A stretch of 64,000 nt of DNA from Candidatus Marinacidobacterales bacterium (GCA_965226495.1 OZ245365.1:4448001-4512000); one strand, 5' to 3'. Counted from the first letter of the stretch, positions 36,290 to 46,636 are shown. Notes: generated from the letters alone by a model not told the origin. Numbers and translations: made by a program.

Positions 36290-37257
36290 CCGCCGTTATT
36301 CCTCTTCGAAAGAAGCTTCTCCGAAAGCCAGGGACCTTTGTCTTCTTCACTCCAGGGACAGACCTCGATGCAGATCCCGCAACCGGCGGTCTCGGTAAAG
36401 TAGAAGATGCATTTGTCGAAATCCACGTACCACTTCTCGACGCCGCGCACCGGCTGTTTCTCTTGGTAGATGGCGTCCACCGGGCACTCGCGCACACACA
36501 CGTTGCAACGGGTGCACAGATCATCGACCCCGATATCCACCGGCTCGTCGGCCACGAGAGGTAGGTCGGTGACCACGGTCCCCAAGCGGAAGTTCGAACC
36601 ATACTCCTTCGAGATCAAGGAGCCGTGCTTTCCGAGCTGCCCGAAGCCGGCATCGATGGATACCGGGATGTGCAGCAGATCGCCGCTATTGGGGTTGCCG
36701 TAGGCGCGTGCCGGCCAGCCCATGGCGCGGATCGCTTCCGATAACTGAGAGGTGATGCGCCCGACCTCCGCGTAAATCCGCATTACCTCCGTCGCGGAGA
36801 CGACGCCCGGGACTTCTTTCATCTTGTCGCGGTCCATCACCACCCCGATCGCGATAGCGTTTTCGTAGGGGACCTCTTGGCCTTCGTAGACGTAGCCCGG
36901 TTTGATGCGGGTCACACCGACTAGGCCCGCCCCCAATGCCTTGGCGCGCTCCTTAATTTCGTGCGTCATCGCCGCTGGGTCATCGACCGCACGCTGCGTC
37001 TTCGCGGTCGGGCCGACGGACTTTCTCAGGTGCCAGATGTTGCGCATGATGCGGATGACGACTTGCCAGGGATTGACGTAGGCGAAGAGGTTGTCGAGTC
37101 GATCCCAAGGCAGGACGTCGTCGCCGTCGTTGTGGAAGACGTGAGACGCCTGTCGCCATTCCGTCTCGCCTCGGCCGTTGATCTCGTTGCCAGACTTAGG
37201 CTGATGGCGATAGGCCAACGTGGTATGGGAACTGACGTCGGTGGTCTTGAAGCTCAT
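36286..37257 (-). CDS. Reductive dehalogenase-like / 4Fe-4S dicluster protein (cobalamin-dependent RdhA/QueG superfamily)
   Basis: IKERAKALGAGLVGV, AGFGQLGKHG...YGSNFRLGTVVTDLPL, CTRCNVCVRECP and KC...CGICIEVCPW; no TAT signal. Confidence 0.85.
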   Translation of the reverse strand: MSFKTTDVSSHTTLAYRHQPKSGNEINGRGETEWRQASHVFHNDGDDVLPWDRLDNLFAYVNPWQVVIRIMRNIWHLRKSVGPTAKTQRAVDDPAAMTHEIKERAKALGAGLVGVTRIKPGYVYEGQEVPYENAIAIGVVMDRDKMKEVPGVVSATEVMRIYAEVGRITSQLSEAIRAMGWPARAYGNPNSGDLLHIPVSIDAGFGQLGKHGSLISKEYGSNFRLGTVVTDLPLVADEPVDIGVDDLCTRCNVCVRECPVDAIYQEKQPVRGVEKWYVDFDKCIFYFTETAGCGICIEVCPWSEEDKGPWLSEKLLSKRNNGG

Positions 37258-37448
37258 ATCCAGTCGATCTCGTCGATGTAGACTTTCTGTTTCGAACGCT
37301 GTTTGTCGTAGAACTCCTTGCGAATCCTCCGGCCGTGGACGAAGTATCCGTAGCCGGTCGCAAAGATGCGGTAAAGGAGCCTTAGATTGTCGCCGAAGTT
37401 GCGAGGGGGCTCTTGTCCTTTGGGATGTTTGGGGCTAACCGTCCGCAT
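37254..37448 (-). CDS. Small hypothetical protein (64 aa) coupled to the RdhA-like gene
   Basis: AAGGA RBS; ATGA overlap with the downstream gene; 17 nt after the upstream amidohydrolase; one moderately hydrophobic segment, basic C-terminus. Confidence 0.75.
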   Translation of the reverse strand: MRTVSPKHPKGQEPPRNFGDNLRLLYRIFATGYGYFVHGRRIRKEFYDKQRSKQKVYIDEIDWI

Positions 37449-37465
37449 AGTCCTTGAATCTTACC

Positions 37466-38872
37466 CTAACGGTCAGTCGAACCGCCACTCAACTTGTCGC
37501 GCACGACGCGCCCATCGGCAATCACCATGCGCATCTGGCGCACGTTCTGAATGTCGCGCAATGGGTTGGCGGCTACCACCAGCACGTCGGCGAGCTTACC
37601 CTTTTCCAACGTCCCGAGCTTGTCCTCCATGCCCAGGATGTCCGCTCCCACGCTCGTCGCGCTCAACAGGATCTCGGCGTCGGTCAGTCCCGCCTTCTTC
37701 AGAAGATCGAGCTCCACAAAATAGTCATCCGGATAGCGGGTGTCGTTTTCGAAAGGAATATCCGAGCCCACTCCGATCTTGATCCCGGCTGCGCGTGCTT
37801 TCGTCACCGGCGACAAGATGTTCTCGTTGGTGACCGGATAGCGGCGCGACATCGTGTAGTAAAAGCCGCTGGGCGGTATCCCCGCGGACGGATAGCCGTA
37901 GTTGATGACATTGTAGAAAGCGGTGATGGTCGGCACGAAATCGGTCCCGTACTTGGCCATCGCGGCAACGTCGTCATCGCCCATGTCGAGAGGATGCTCG
38001 AGCGAATCGAGCCCCGCCTCGGCCGCCCAGATGATGTAGTCCCCGAAGGCGTCCGCCGCGACGCGGATTCCATGCATATGGGCCTCGTCGATCGCCGCGG
38101 TCACTTCCTCACGCGTATAGGGAGCCATGATCTTGATCCAATCCGCGTGATTGCGGATTTGCTCACGCACCGCAAGCCGCCAGTCGTCGGCCCCCGTCGC
38201 GATGCGACGGTTAGATCTCGGGCCGGGGCTCTTTGGTTTTCCGGTCGCGGTAGAAGTCGTCTCGTCGCCGTGTCCACCTCGGATAGATATGCTCTGGCCG
38301 CTCCAGAAGACTCGCGGTCCATCCACCATGCGACGCTCAACGGCTTCTTTGAGCTTGAGCGCCACGTCACTGTTGGACCCCGCGTCACGCACCGCGGTGA
38401 TGCCGCCGTCCAAGAACTGACCGAGCTTGACCACGCCTCGAATGGCCCTCGCGGCATCGGAATCCGCGTAGCGGCCAAAGTCTTCACCCCATTGCTGGTT
38501 GAAATGCATGTGCAGATCCACAAGGCCGGGCATGACATAGAGACCGTTGACGTCGACGGTGCGAGCCACATTGCTCGGAATCGACACCTGACCCGCCGGA
38601 CCCACATCGAGAATCCGATCGCCCTTGATCACCAGCACCGCGTTCGCGATCGGATCGGCGCCGGTTCCGTCGATGAGTGTGCCGCCCCGTACCACGAGGA
38701 TGGAATCGTTGCTGCGATCCCGGGGTGGAATGGGAACTCGCCTAGGATCGTCGGTGGTTTCGAGCCCTTCGAGGCTCTGAGTGCCATACTGCGCTTGGGC
38801 AACTGCCGAAAAAGTGAGGGCCACCGCCATCGCGACGACGACCCACCGAACTGCGAATGTCTCTTGCTTCAT
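37466..38872 (-). CDS. Secreted metal-dependent amidohydrolase (COG1228-type)
   Basis: Signal peptide; GGTLIDGTG, PGLVDLHMH, GITAVRDAG, WIK, SLEH, GSD, GTLEKGKLADV. Confidence 0.92.
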   Translation of the reverse strand: MKQETFAVRWVVVAMAVALTFSAVAQAQYGTQSLEGLETTDDPRRVPIPPRDRSNDSILVVRGGTLIDGTGADPIANAVLVIKGDRILDVGPAGQVSIPSNVARTVDVNGLYVMPGLVDLHMHFNQQWGEDFGRYADSDAARAIRGVVKLGQFLDGGITAVRDAGSNSDVALKLKEAVERRMVDGPRVFWSGQSISIRGGHGDETTSTATGKPKSPGPRSNRRIATGADDWRLAVREQIRNHADWIKIMAPYTREEVTAAIDEAHMHGIRVAADAFGDYIIWAAEAGLDSLEHPLDMGDDDVAAMAKYGTDFVPTITAFYNVINYGYPSAGIPPSGFYYTMSRRYPVTNENILSPVTKARAAGIKIGVGSDIPFENDTRYPDDYFVELDLLKKAGLTDAEILLSATSVGADILGMEDKLGTLEKGKLADVLVVAANPLRDIQNVRQMRMVIADGRVVRDKLSGGSTDR

Positions 38873-38884
38873 CTCTAGAGCTCC

Positions 38885-40090
38885 TTACTTCATGGGGCGG
38901 ACCAGCCACCCGGTCATGGGATTGCCCAGCTCGAACGCCTTCGGGTCTCCCGCCATGCGGATTCTTTCGAAGCCAGAGAAGAGCGCAGGCATGCCTTTGG
39001 CCTCGAGCCAGCTCTCTCCGTCCATCAGGTTGAAGTGGATGTGGGGGTACTGGGCGAGCCCCGAGTTGCCGACGCGGCCGAGGAGCTGGCCGGCCTTCAC
39101 TTCATCTCCCACCTTGATCGGCACCGTTCCGCGCTGCATGTGGCAAGTAAGAGAGTACTCGCCGTTGCCGTGGTCCAGAACGACGAGGTTGCCCGAGAAC
39201 ACGTCTCCATCGTTTTCCAGCACCTCACGCGGCGGGGTCTCGCCGACCCCGTAGTCCTGGATATCGTTCCGCACATGCACCGCGACCCCGTCGCCCGCGG
39301 CGTAGACCGGCTCGTCGTAGCACCAATAATCCGCTGGGGTCTTGCCATCGGTCTTGTACGGCAGTCCGTTGGGACCGAGCTTCGTGATGTCCCAGCCGTA
39401 CATCGTCAAGGAATTGATCCCTGTACGTCGATGGCCGGTGATCAGATCGTTCCCCGCACTGATCGACCAAGTACTTTCGAACGGAAGGCGGAGCTTTGCT
39501 TTCTGACGGTAGTTGACGATGGGCACGGTATGTCGCGCGATACCCTCACGACCACTCTCTGACTTCAGCCAGAAAGTCATTTGAACACTATCGACCTCCG
39601 CGTGCCAAGGACGGCCGAACGGAATGCGCACCCACGAAACGGGCTCCCCTGGAGGCAGTTCTGGCCCGGTGGGCCGCTCGCGGGACGCCATGCGGTGTTC
39701 CTGAAACTCGATGTTGTCCATGAAGTACTTGGTGGTGTCGTCGAACTCGCCCTCGATCCATTCCGTCCGCTCCATGTAGGAACGCGGGAACGTCTCTTCC
39801 CAGACGGACTCGCCACCACGTTGGAACTCGGCGTTCACGCGTTCTACCCGAAGCGGCTCCGACTCGTTTGACTGCAGCACGAGATGAAACAGCCAGGTCA
39901 GGTTTTGGGTGTAAGCGTGGGCGCCCCTGGGATTGTCCGCCGGAGCGTAGTACGCACCCTGAGTCGCCGCGTACACGACTTTCGGTACCTGATGAATACT
40001 GACGTCGAAGGTTTCCGGCTCCGGTGCTGCACATCCTGCCAACACAATCACCGACACGACCAATGAAATGATCATACTTATACGAGGCAT
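38885..40090 (-). CDS. M23 family metallopeptidase lipoprotein
   Basis: Lipobox LAGC; LRLPF, GWD, VYAAGDG, GNLVVLDHGNGEYSLTCHM, VGNSG...PHIHF. Confidence 0.88.
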   Translation of the reverse strand: MPRISMIISLVVSVIVLAGCAAPEPETFDVSIHQVPKVVYAATQGAYYAPADNPRGAHAYTQNLTWLFHLVLQSNESEPLRVERVNAEFQRGGESVWEETFPRSYMERTEWIEGEFDDTTKYFMDNIEFQEHRMASRERPTGPELPPGEPVSWVRIPFGRPWHAEVDSVQMTFWLKSESGREGIARHTVPIVNYRQKAKLRLPFESTWSISAGNDLITGHRRTGINSLTMYGWDITKLGPNGLPYKTDGKTPADYWCYDEPVYAAGDGVAVHVRNDIQDYGVGETPPREVLENDGDVFSGNLVVLDHGNGEYSLTCHMQRGTVPIKVGDEVKAGQLLGRVGNSGLAQYPHIHFNLMDGESWLEAKGMPALFSGFERIRMAGDPKAFELGNPMTGWLVRPMK

Positions 40091-40119
40091 TAGCCCTCCA
40101 TTTAAGATATTAGTCCGCG

Positions 40120-40170
40120 CTCACTCAGGTCCTCTCCCCAGAGGGGAGAGGGAATAAAGGAAGAAAAGCA
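40120..40170. repeat. REP-like hairpin CCTCTCCCC-AGA-GGGGAGAGG
   Basis: Same stem and GGGAATAAAGGAAG tail as 20852-20900; lies inside the minus-strand operon. Confidence 0.7.
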
Positions 40171-41658
40171 CTATTTGTAGCGAACCCCACCTTTGATGAC
40201 GACGGCGACTCGCTTCATCGCCTCCATGTCGTCGAGCGGGTTTCCCGCCACGACGATGACGTCCGCCCACTTCCCGGCTTCGATGGTGCCGAGCTTGTCC
40301 GACAGCCCCAAGATCTCGGCACCGTTCTTGGTCGAAGCCTCGATGACCTGCATCGGGCTCATCCCCATCTCCACCATGTAGCGCATCTCGTTGGCGTTCG
40401 GGTCCTCTTGCTGGAGGTTCATGAACGCTGGGGTGTCCGTTCCCATAGAGAACTTGGCGCCCGCGCGGATGAACCGGCGCATATTTTCTCTCGATGTTTC
40501 GCGGCGCGTCTGACGCTCGGTGTAAGACATCCCCAACCTGCCCTCACCGTGGATGACGAGCTCCTTCTCTTCAGGGTGCCGCCGGTTGTAAACCATCTTG
40601 TCCCGGTAACGCATGAGGGTCCGGTACTCCTTCGGCTGCATCGACATAATGTAGAGGGTCTCGTCGAAACGGTGCGGGTCGGCAGCGCGATTCGCCCGCG
40701 CGATCATCTGCTCGAGCAGCGTGTCCACGACGACGCCCTTCTTCACGTAGCCAGCGATGATGTCCTCTTCGATGAGCTCTCCGCCGTAGAAGGGATGCTC
40801 GAGGGTGTCGAAATCGAACGCCAGCATTCTTCTCAGGCCGTCGTTGTGGCCTCCGCAATGGACGTCCATGAACTTCCCGTTCTTGCGCGCCTTGTCGATG
40901 ATGAAACGGACGTCCTCGTCCGAGAAATCGTTCTTCCCGTCGTACCTCGAGCCCGACATGATGAGCTTCCAGTAGTTGAAATCGGGTCCCAGAAGTCGAT
41001 CGGTGTCTTTGTCCGGATCGTCCACGACGACGAAGGCAAACTGGGTTCTCATCCACTCCTTGGTGTCGGGTGGAGAGTCCGCGTAGCTCTCCTCGAAGTG
41101 CGCCCGACTCCAAAGCAACGCGCCTCCCAGGAAAATCCGAGGCCCGGGAATCTCTCCGTTGTCAATGGCGTTCTTGTAGGGAATCAATTGGCTCGCAGGC
41201 CCGCTGGTATTCCGCATGCTGGTGACACCCTGCATGAGGTAGACGAAGGAGCGCCGCGGGATCCTCGACCAGCTCTCCTCCCACTGGGCCTTGAGATGCG
41301 CGAGAGGGACGTCCCCTCCCGGCGAGTGGTAGAGGGGATTGAGCTGGGTATGTTGATTAGAGTTGATGAGGCCCGGCATGATGGTCATGCCGCTAGCATC
41401 GATCACCTGAGCCCCATCGGGGATCGTGACCTCCTCCATCGGGCCCACCCAAGTAATGTCCTCGCCTTCGATGACGACCGCGTGATCGAGCTTGGGCGGA
41501 GCCCCGGTGGCATCGATGAGCGCACCGCCCTGAATGACGATGGGCCGCTCCGGTCGAAACGGAGGCTCTTGCGGTCCAAAAATCTCGGGGGCCTGAGTCG
41601 CCCACAACGCGGGTACCAGGACCAGAAGTCCAATTCCTAAACAAAGTACCTTCTTCAT
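40171..41658 (-). CDS. Secreted amidohydrolase with atypical first metal motif (NSNQH)
   Basis: Signal peptide; PGLINSNQH, GVTSMRN, YWK, DVH, TLEH, GTD, GTIEAGKWAD. Confidence 0.9.
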   Translation of the reverse strand: MKKVLCLGIGLLVLVPALWATQAPEIFGPQEPPFRPERPIVIQGGALIDATGAPPKLDHAVVIEGEDITWVGPMEEVTIPDGAQVIDASGMTIMPGLINSNQHTQLNPLYHSPGGDVPLAHLKAQWEESWSRIPRRSFVYLMQGVTSMRNTSGPASQLIPYKNAIDNGEIPGPRIFLGGALLWSRAHFEESYADSPPDTKEWMRTQFAFVVVDDPDKDTDRLLGPDFNYWKLIMSGSRYDGKNDFSDEDVRFIIDKARKNGKFMDVHCGGHNDGLRRMLAFDFDTLEHPFYGGELIEEDIIAGYVKKGVVVDTLLEQMIARANRAADPHRFDETLYIMSMQPKEYRTLMRYRDKMVYNRRHPEEKELVIHGEGRLGMSYTERQTRRETSRENMRRFIRAGAKFSMGTDTPAFMNLQQEDPNANEMRYMVEMGMSPMQVIEASTKNGAEILGLSDKLGTIEAGKWADVIVVAGNPLDDMEAMKRVAVVIKGGVRYK

Positions 41659-41676
41659 CGACTTCCCTCCGTGAGG

Positions 41677-43026
41677 CTAGGTATTGATCTTGTAAATCCG
41701 CTTCGCGTTTTCACTCATCACGTTGCGGGCGATCTTTTCGCAGTCCTTGTCGGTCCAACCGTAGTGCGAGCGATAATCGTTCAGCACCTTTGCCAACACC
41801 CGACGGAAGTTGTCGGCACAGTAACCGATCTCCTCCGGGATGTTGTTGGAATCGCTCCCGTGCATGGTCTGCTCAGACGGTGCAAGCGCCAGGAATGCCC
41901 GCAGTACCTCCTCCAAGACTCCGGGGAACTTGGCATAGAAAGAGACGTCGGTGTGGACATTAGGAAACTGGCTGATGAAGGCGGCGACATGATGGTGCAA
42001 GGGGTAACCGGTATGGATCAGAACGAACTGCGTCTCGACCCGCTTGACCTCGTCGTCCTGAAACATTTTGTAAAGCCCCAACGGACTGTTCCAGTCGAAT
42101 CGCAGGGCTGGATGGAGTCCGACCGCGGTGTGGATGATCACGCGCATGTCGAGCTCGCCGGCCTTGACGAATATGTGGCGGAGTAGATAGTCCTGATAGG
42201 AGTGAAGCGCGCGGGTGAGCTCAGGATCGTCGTAAAGGGGGATCCCTCTGGGAGTGAGCGCCGATGGCTCGTTGGTCAGGACGGTCTTCAGATCTATGTT
42301 GGCTTGATCCCGCTCGACCTTCTCAACGGTTAACGGTCGAAAGTAAGCCATCGAGGTTTTGAGGCCGACGCAACCGTCCGCGGCACAGGATTCGAGAACC
42401 TGGTCCACCGCCTTGACGACGTCTTCGACGGCCTCCGCCGAGTTCTTCTTGGCGAAGTCGGGGTGGATGAGATCGTTAAAGGAGTAGCTCCACACGAAGC
42501 GACCCGCCGGCACGTACGTCTCCGGCCGCTTCGGTTCCGAGCTGCGCGATTGAAGCAGTATCGAGCTCACCTTCTCGCGATCCAAGATCGAACGGACGTA
42601 GTCGGTGAAGCCGCTTTCGATCCCCTTCTTCACCACCGAATCGAACCCTGCGAGGTTGGGCTCCACCCCGTACACTCGCGAGACGTAGTTGTAGTAGCCG
42701 GTCTGGCGAGGCATGTTGTAGAGGTGTTCTTCGAAGACCCCGGAGAGCTTTTGCCGGAGCTCTTCCTTGTGCTCGTATTCATAGGCCGGGAGTAGTGCGT
42801 CGACGAACGAGCCGTTCCACTGGTCGTAGTTCTGTTCGAGGGTGATGGGGTTGGGGGGATGAACATGAACGTCGACGATCTCCATCTCCGCCAGGTCGAG
42901 GGGGCCCACTGTCACGTCGGCTCCCACCGATGTCTCCGATGGAGCGGCGGAATGTGTCTTGAACCCGGAAAGGACACTCGCCGATCCGCCGAGCCCTAAA
43001 AGCTTCAAAAAGTTTCGTCTCCACAT
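41677..43026 (-). CDS. TAT-exported amidohydrolase (Amidohydro_2 / FluG-N-like)
   Basis: Twin-arginine signal MWRRNFLK; IVDVHVH, GLKTSMAY, IHTAVG, LIHTGYP, HGSD. Confidence 0.88.
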   Translation of the reverse strand: MWRRNFLKLLGLGGSASVLSGFKTHSAAPSETSVGADVTVGPLDLAEMEIVDVHVHPPNPITLEQNYDQWNGSFVDALLPAYEYEHKEELRQKLSGVFEEHLYNMPRQTGYYNYVSRVYGVEPNLAGFDSVVKKGIESGFTDYVRSILDREKVSSILLQSRSSEPKRPETYVPAGRFVWSYSFNDLIHPDFAKKNSAEAVEDVVKAVDQVLESCAADGCVGLKTSMAYFRPLTVEKVERDQANIDLKTVLTNEPSALTPRGIPLYDDPELTRALHSYQDYLLRHIFVKAGELDMRVIIHTAVGLHPALRFDWNSPLGLYKMFQDDEVKRVETQFVLIHTGYPLHHHVAAFISQFPNVHTDVSFYAKFPGVLEEVLRAFLALAPSEQTMHGSDSNNIPEEIGYCADNFRRVLAKVLNDYRSHYGWTDKDCEKIARNVMSENAKRIYKINT

Positions 43027-43037
43027 GCGAATTCTCC

Positions 43038-45305
43038 TTATTGAGTGCCTTGTCCTGACCGCGTCGGGCCAGAGCCCAAGTGCCGCTCTAAGTGTTGATC
43101 GATCTTCCTGAGTACGTGGGTCCCGATGTAGTCCATGGTACGTGCGTCACCGTGACGCGACTTCGGAAGAGGAACGAAATCGAAGTCCTTTCCTAACAAC
43201 ATGAGTTTTTCCGCGAGGTGAATCGAGTCCCTGAACAAGCAGATCGTGTCCTGCATTCCGTGAATGATCATCAGCGGATCCTGGAGGCCGTCGGCGTACA
43301 GGAAGGCCGAGCCCTTGCGGTAGAGATCAGGCCGCGCGTTGGGGTGATAGAACAGATCCACTTCTCCGGTCGTGGCATGCCAAACGTTGGTGGCGGGGGC
43401 GCCGGCGACACCCGCCTGGTAAACACCCGGCTTCTTGAAGAGCGACATCGCAGCCAGAGTTCCCCCGTAGCTCCATCCCCAGATGCCGATGCGGTCGGGA
43501 TCCACATAGGAGAGCGTCTCCAAGTACTCGACCCCGCTGTGCAGATCTTCGATGTCGATCTCGCCCATGTTCTCGACAAACTGACTCCGGAACTCGCGGC
43601 CATAGCCGACGCTGCCCCGAATGTCGACCAGCAGAACGAGGTAGCCACGCGAAAGCGCTTGGTACTGCTGGAACGTATCGAACGGGGTGACCCATTGCTC
43701 GCGCGCGGTATTCGAGTACACCGGCCCGAGAACCGCGGCGTGTCGCTTCGAGCGATCGAGGTTCGGTGGCTCGAGAAGCCGCCCATGGAGGGTTGCGCCA
43801 TCGGCGCGGCTCTTGAACGTGACGTAGCGCGGCTCGATCCAGGGGTACTTGCTGAACTCCTCGGGGGGCGAGTGCGTCACTCGCCGCTCCGAGCCGCCCG
43901 TGGTCGCGACTAAATAGAGCTCGCGCGGACTCACCGCACTCGATCGAAGCGTGGCCAGTCGCTTCCCATTCGGGGACACGAAAGGGAGATGAGACCCGGG
44001 AAGCGTCGTTACTTGCGTGACCTCGCCACCGTCTTCGGCCATGCGGTAGACCGGCCGCTCGTAGGGGCTCTTCTTGCTGGCGATGAAGAAGACCTCGTTC
44101 GTCCGGGACGACACTGTCAAACTCGCGCCTTCGGAGGAGACACCGGTCACGCTCCAATCACCGCTGGTAAGCTTCTTCACCTGCCCGCCCGCGAGAGGCA
44201 TCGAATAGAGGCGAAACCAACCGTCGATATCTGAAATGACGAGGACCGCGTCGCCATCCGAGCTCCAGGCCGAAATCCAAAGAGAAGATGCGGACGTGGT
44301 GTTGCCGCCCTTGGGCTTGTGGTCGTGCCGCAGCTCCCGCACCGCGCCGCCGACGGCATCCACGATATTGATCCACCGATCCTCACCCGCCTCTGAAAAT
44401 TGATCGATGAGCAAACGGGAGCCGTCGGGGGAAAAACCGAAGCTCCCGAACCGCCGATCGGTTGGATCGGGAAGGTCCACCGTTCGAGTCCGGCCGCTCG
44501 CCAGAGAGAACAGCACCATCGTCCGGATGAGGTCGTTCTCACCGGGGAGGTCGCGGCGAAGGGACTCGACGTGCGTCTCCTCACCCAGGTAGTCCGGGAA
44601 CGGCATCTGCCGGACGTTGCGTCGGTCTTCGTAACGAAGGGCGACGTGACGGCTGTCGGGCGACCACCGATAGGCCATGAAGGCAGAGTCGGGGGCGTAG
44701 AAAGATGCGCCGGGAAGATGACCGAGCGGAGGAACTCCCACGTCGGTTGCCTTGACCAACTCTCGTGTCTCTTGATGCCACAAATAGAGGTCGCCACCTT
44801 GGAGAAACGACAGAAAACGTCCATCCGGCGAGTAGGCGATTGCGTGTCGCCCGCCCGCGTCGCGAGTGAGTCGTTCCGCCTCGCCCCCTTCGGCGCTCAC
44901 GCGGAAGAGGTGCCCTTCATAGGCGAAGACGAGCGCCTCGCCATTCGGCGTCCAAAGGACTTCCGAGATGCCTCGCCGCGAACGTTCCGCGAACTCTTGC
45001 TGTAGCGCCTCGAGAGAGCCCGGTTCCGCACCTGGGCCTCCGGGAGCAGAAGACGTCGCGGCCATGTGGGTAAGCCGTTGCGGCTCGCCCCCATCCGCAA
45101 CAACGATCCAGACGTCTCGAAACGGCATGGCCTCGTCATTCCAGAGGAACGCGAGCCTAGAGCTATCGGGCGACCAAACCGGCTTTGCAGGTGCGGTTCC
45201 GATCAGGCTGGGCAGGGCAGCGAGCCGTTCGACGGTGAGCTCTTGAGCCACGGCAACAGACGCGAGGGAAAGCAACGCGCCGACCGCGGCAAGAACTTGT
45301 CTCAT
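43038..45305 (-). CDS. Secreted S9 family serine peptidase, copy 2
   Basis: Start 45305 with ATGA overlap; signal peptide; GWSYGG, HGMQD, SRHG. Confidence 0.93.
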   Translation of the reverse strand: MRQVLAAVGALLSLASVAVAQELTVERLAALPSLIGTAPAKPVWSPDSSRLAFLWNDEAMPFRDVWIVVADGGEPQRLTHMAATSSAPGGPGAEPGSLEALQQEFAERSRRGISEVLWTPNGEALVFAYEGHLFRVSAEGGEAERLTRDAGGRHAIAYSPDGRFLSFLQGGDLYLWHQETRELVKATDVGVPPLGHLPGASFYAPDSAFMAYRWSPDSRHVALRYEDRRNVRQMPFPDYLGEETHVESLRRDLPGENDLIRTMVLFSLASGRTRTVDLPDPTDRRFGSFGFSPDGSRLLIDQFSEAGEDRWINIVDAVGGAVRELRHDHKPKGGNTTSASSLWISAWSSDGDAVLVISDIDGWFRLYSMPLAGGQVKKLTSGDWSVTGVSSEGASLTVSSRTNEVFFIASKKSPYERPVYRMAEDGGEVTQVTTLPGSHLPFVSPNGKRLATLRSSAVSPRELYLVATTGGSERRVTHSPPEEFSKYPWIEPRYVTFKSRADGATLHGRLLEPPNLDRSKRHAAVLGPVYSNTAREQWVTPFDTFQQYQALSRGYLVLLVDIRGSVGYGREFRSQFVENMGEIDIEDLHSGVEYLETLSYVDPDRIGIWGWSYGGTLAAMSLFKKPGVYQAGVAGAPATNVWHATTGEVDLFYHPNARPDLYRKGSAFLYADGLQDPLMIIHGMQDTICLFRDSIHLAEKLMLLGKDFDFVPLPKSRHGDARTMDYIGTHVLRKIDQHLERHLGSGPTRSGQGTQ

Positions 45306-46594
45306 CGAGTGCCTCCAACCGCCGGAGTCTCCATTAGGTCTCGAACGACTTCTCCGTCCTTCATGACGAGTATGGGTTTCGGCAATCGAGTCGGATCTTC
45401 GAGCGCGTCGCCGGTGACAATAATAATGTCGGCCCACTTCCCCACCTCGAGTGTTCCGAGGTGGTCATCCAAACCCGCGGCTTCGGCACCGATCCGAGTG
45501 GCTGCCTGGATAACCTCCGCCGCGGAGTAGCCCCAACTCAAGAAGCGTTTGATCTCTTCGATATAGAACAGGCCGATCTCTCCCTGATCTTTTCCGCCGG
45601 CATCGGTACCGAGCGCCATTGGGACTCCGGCGTCGTGCATAGCGCGGAACCGAGCCTCGTAGTCTTCGGGTCGCTTGAGATTCTTGACTTCTCTCTCGGT
45701 CGGGGCTTCCCAACGCTCGCCGGCGAACCGGCGGATGGCGTGAAGTGTTGGCACTACGATGGTCCCCTGCTCCTTCATCAAGGCGATCACTTCCGCCTGG
45801 TTCTTCATGGGCGCCAGATGCTCGATGGTGTCGGCACCTGCCCGCACCGCCCACTCGACCATCATCATGCCCACGTACGGCGGGCCGACCGCGTCCACCG
45901 CGATGCGGGCGCCAAAGTGGCGCGCTTCCTCCACCGCCAACTCGATCTCCGCGGGAGTGAACGGATAGGTCACCTTGACGTAGTCGGCGCCCATCTTGAA
46001 ATTCTGCCGAATGTTCCTTCTCCACTCGTCGAGTGAGTCCCCCTCCAAGACCCACTTGGGTTTTACCATCCGGTCGCCTTCGCTGCCGTGCCCGCCGGTG
46101 GCGCTTACGATCTGGTTGCAAATAATGAGACGCGGGCCTTCGATATAGCCCTCTTCGATCGCTCGCTTCAAGGCGATAGCCGTCAAGTTTCTGGCCCCGG
46201 CGTCGCGCACCAGCGTGATCCCGGAATCGAGCGCTTGCCGCAGAATCCCGGCCGCGCGAAGCGCCGCCATCGCGTCGGTCTCCCAGTTCACTGAGACCGT
46301 GTAGTGGGCCGAGTGAGTGTGAAGATCGGCCAACGCAGGAAGAACGCTATTGCCACTAGCATCGATTGTGCGCGCCCCCGCTGGAATCGAGACGTCGGAG
46401 CGAGAGCCGACGGCGCGGATGGTGTTTCCCTCGACGATCACCACGCCGTTCGCGATAGGTGCCCCTGAAGTACCGTCGATGACCTTGCCACCCACGATGG
46501 CGATTGTTTTTTCGGACTGTGCCCAGCTACTCGGTGCAAAGCCAAACGCCAAAGCCGATAGGACGAAGATTGAAAGCCTGAGAGGAGATTGCAT
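45302..46594 (-). CDS. Secreted amidohydrolase (COG1228-type)
   Basis: Start MQSPLRLS at 46594; DLHTH, GITLVRDAG, YVK, TIEH, GTD, GTLEVGKWAD. Confidence 0.92.
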   Translation of the reverse strand: MQSPLRLSIFVLSALAFGFAPSSWAQSEKTIAIVGGKVIDGTSGAPIANGVVIVEGNTIRAVGSRSDVSIPAGARTIDASGNSVLPALADLHTHSAHYTVSVNWETDAMAALRAAGILRQALDSGITLVRDAGARNLTAIALKRAIEEGYIEGPRLIICNQIVSATGGHGSEGDRMVKPKWVLEGDSLDEWRRNIRQNFKMGADYVKVTYPFTPAEIELAVEEARHFGARIAVDAVGPPYVGMMMVEWAVRAGADTIEHLAPMKNQAEVIALMKEQGTIVVPTLHAIRRFAGERWEAPTEREVKNLKRPEDYEARFRAMHDAGVPMALGTDAGGKDQGEIGLFYIEEIKRFLSWGYSAAEVIQAATRIGAEAAGLDDHLGTLEVGKWADIIIVTGDALEDPTRLPKPILVMKDGEVVRDLMETPAVGGTR

Positions 46595-46636
46595 TGGATG
46601 AGCCCCTTTGAAATTGTTTCCCGAGTGGCGGGTCGA

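Noticed and set aside
36286-37257. Calling this queG or a respiratory rdhA
   Set aside because: No QueG-type DYH motif or tRNA-modification context; no TAT leader or multi-TM RdhB; left at superfamily level.
37454-38878. 474-aa plus-strand ORF, and similar long ORFs at 11994-13223, 19818-20690, 33963-35045, 40408-41640 and 50532-51488
   Set aside because: Antisense shadows of well-supported genes in GC-rich DNA; no recognisable motifs or RBS.
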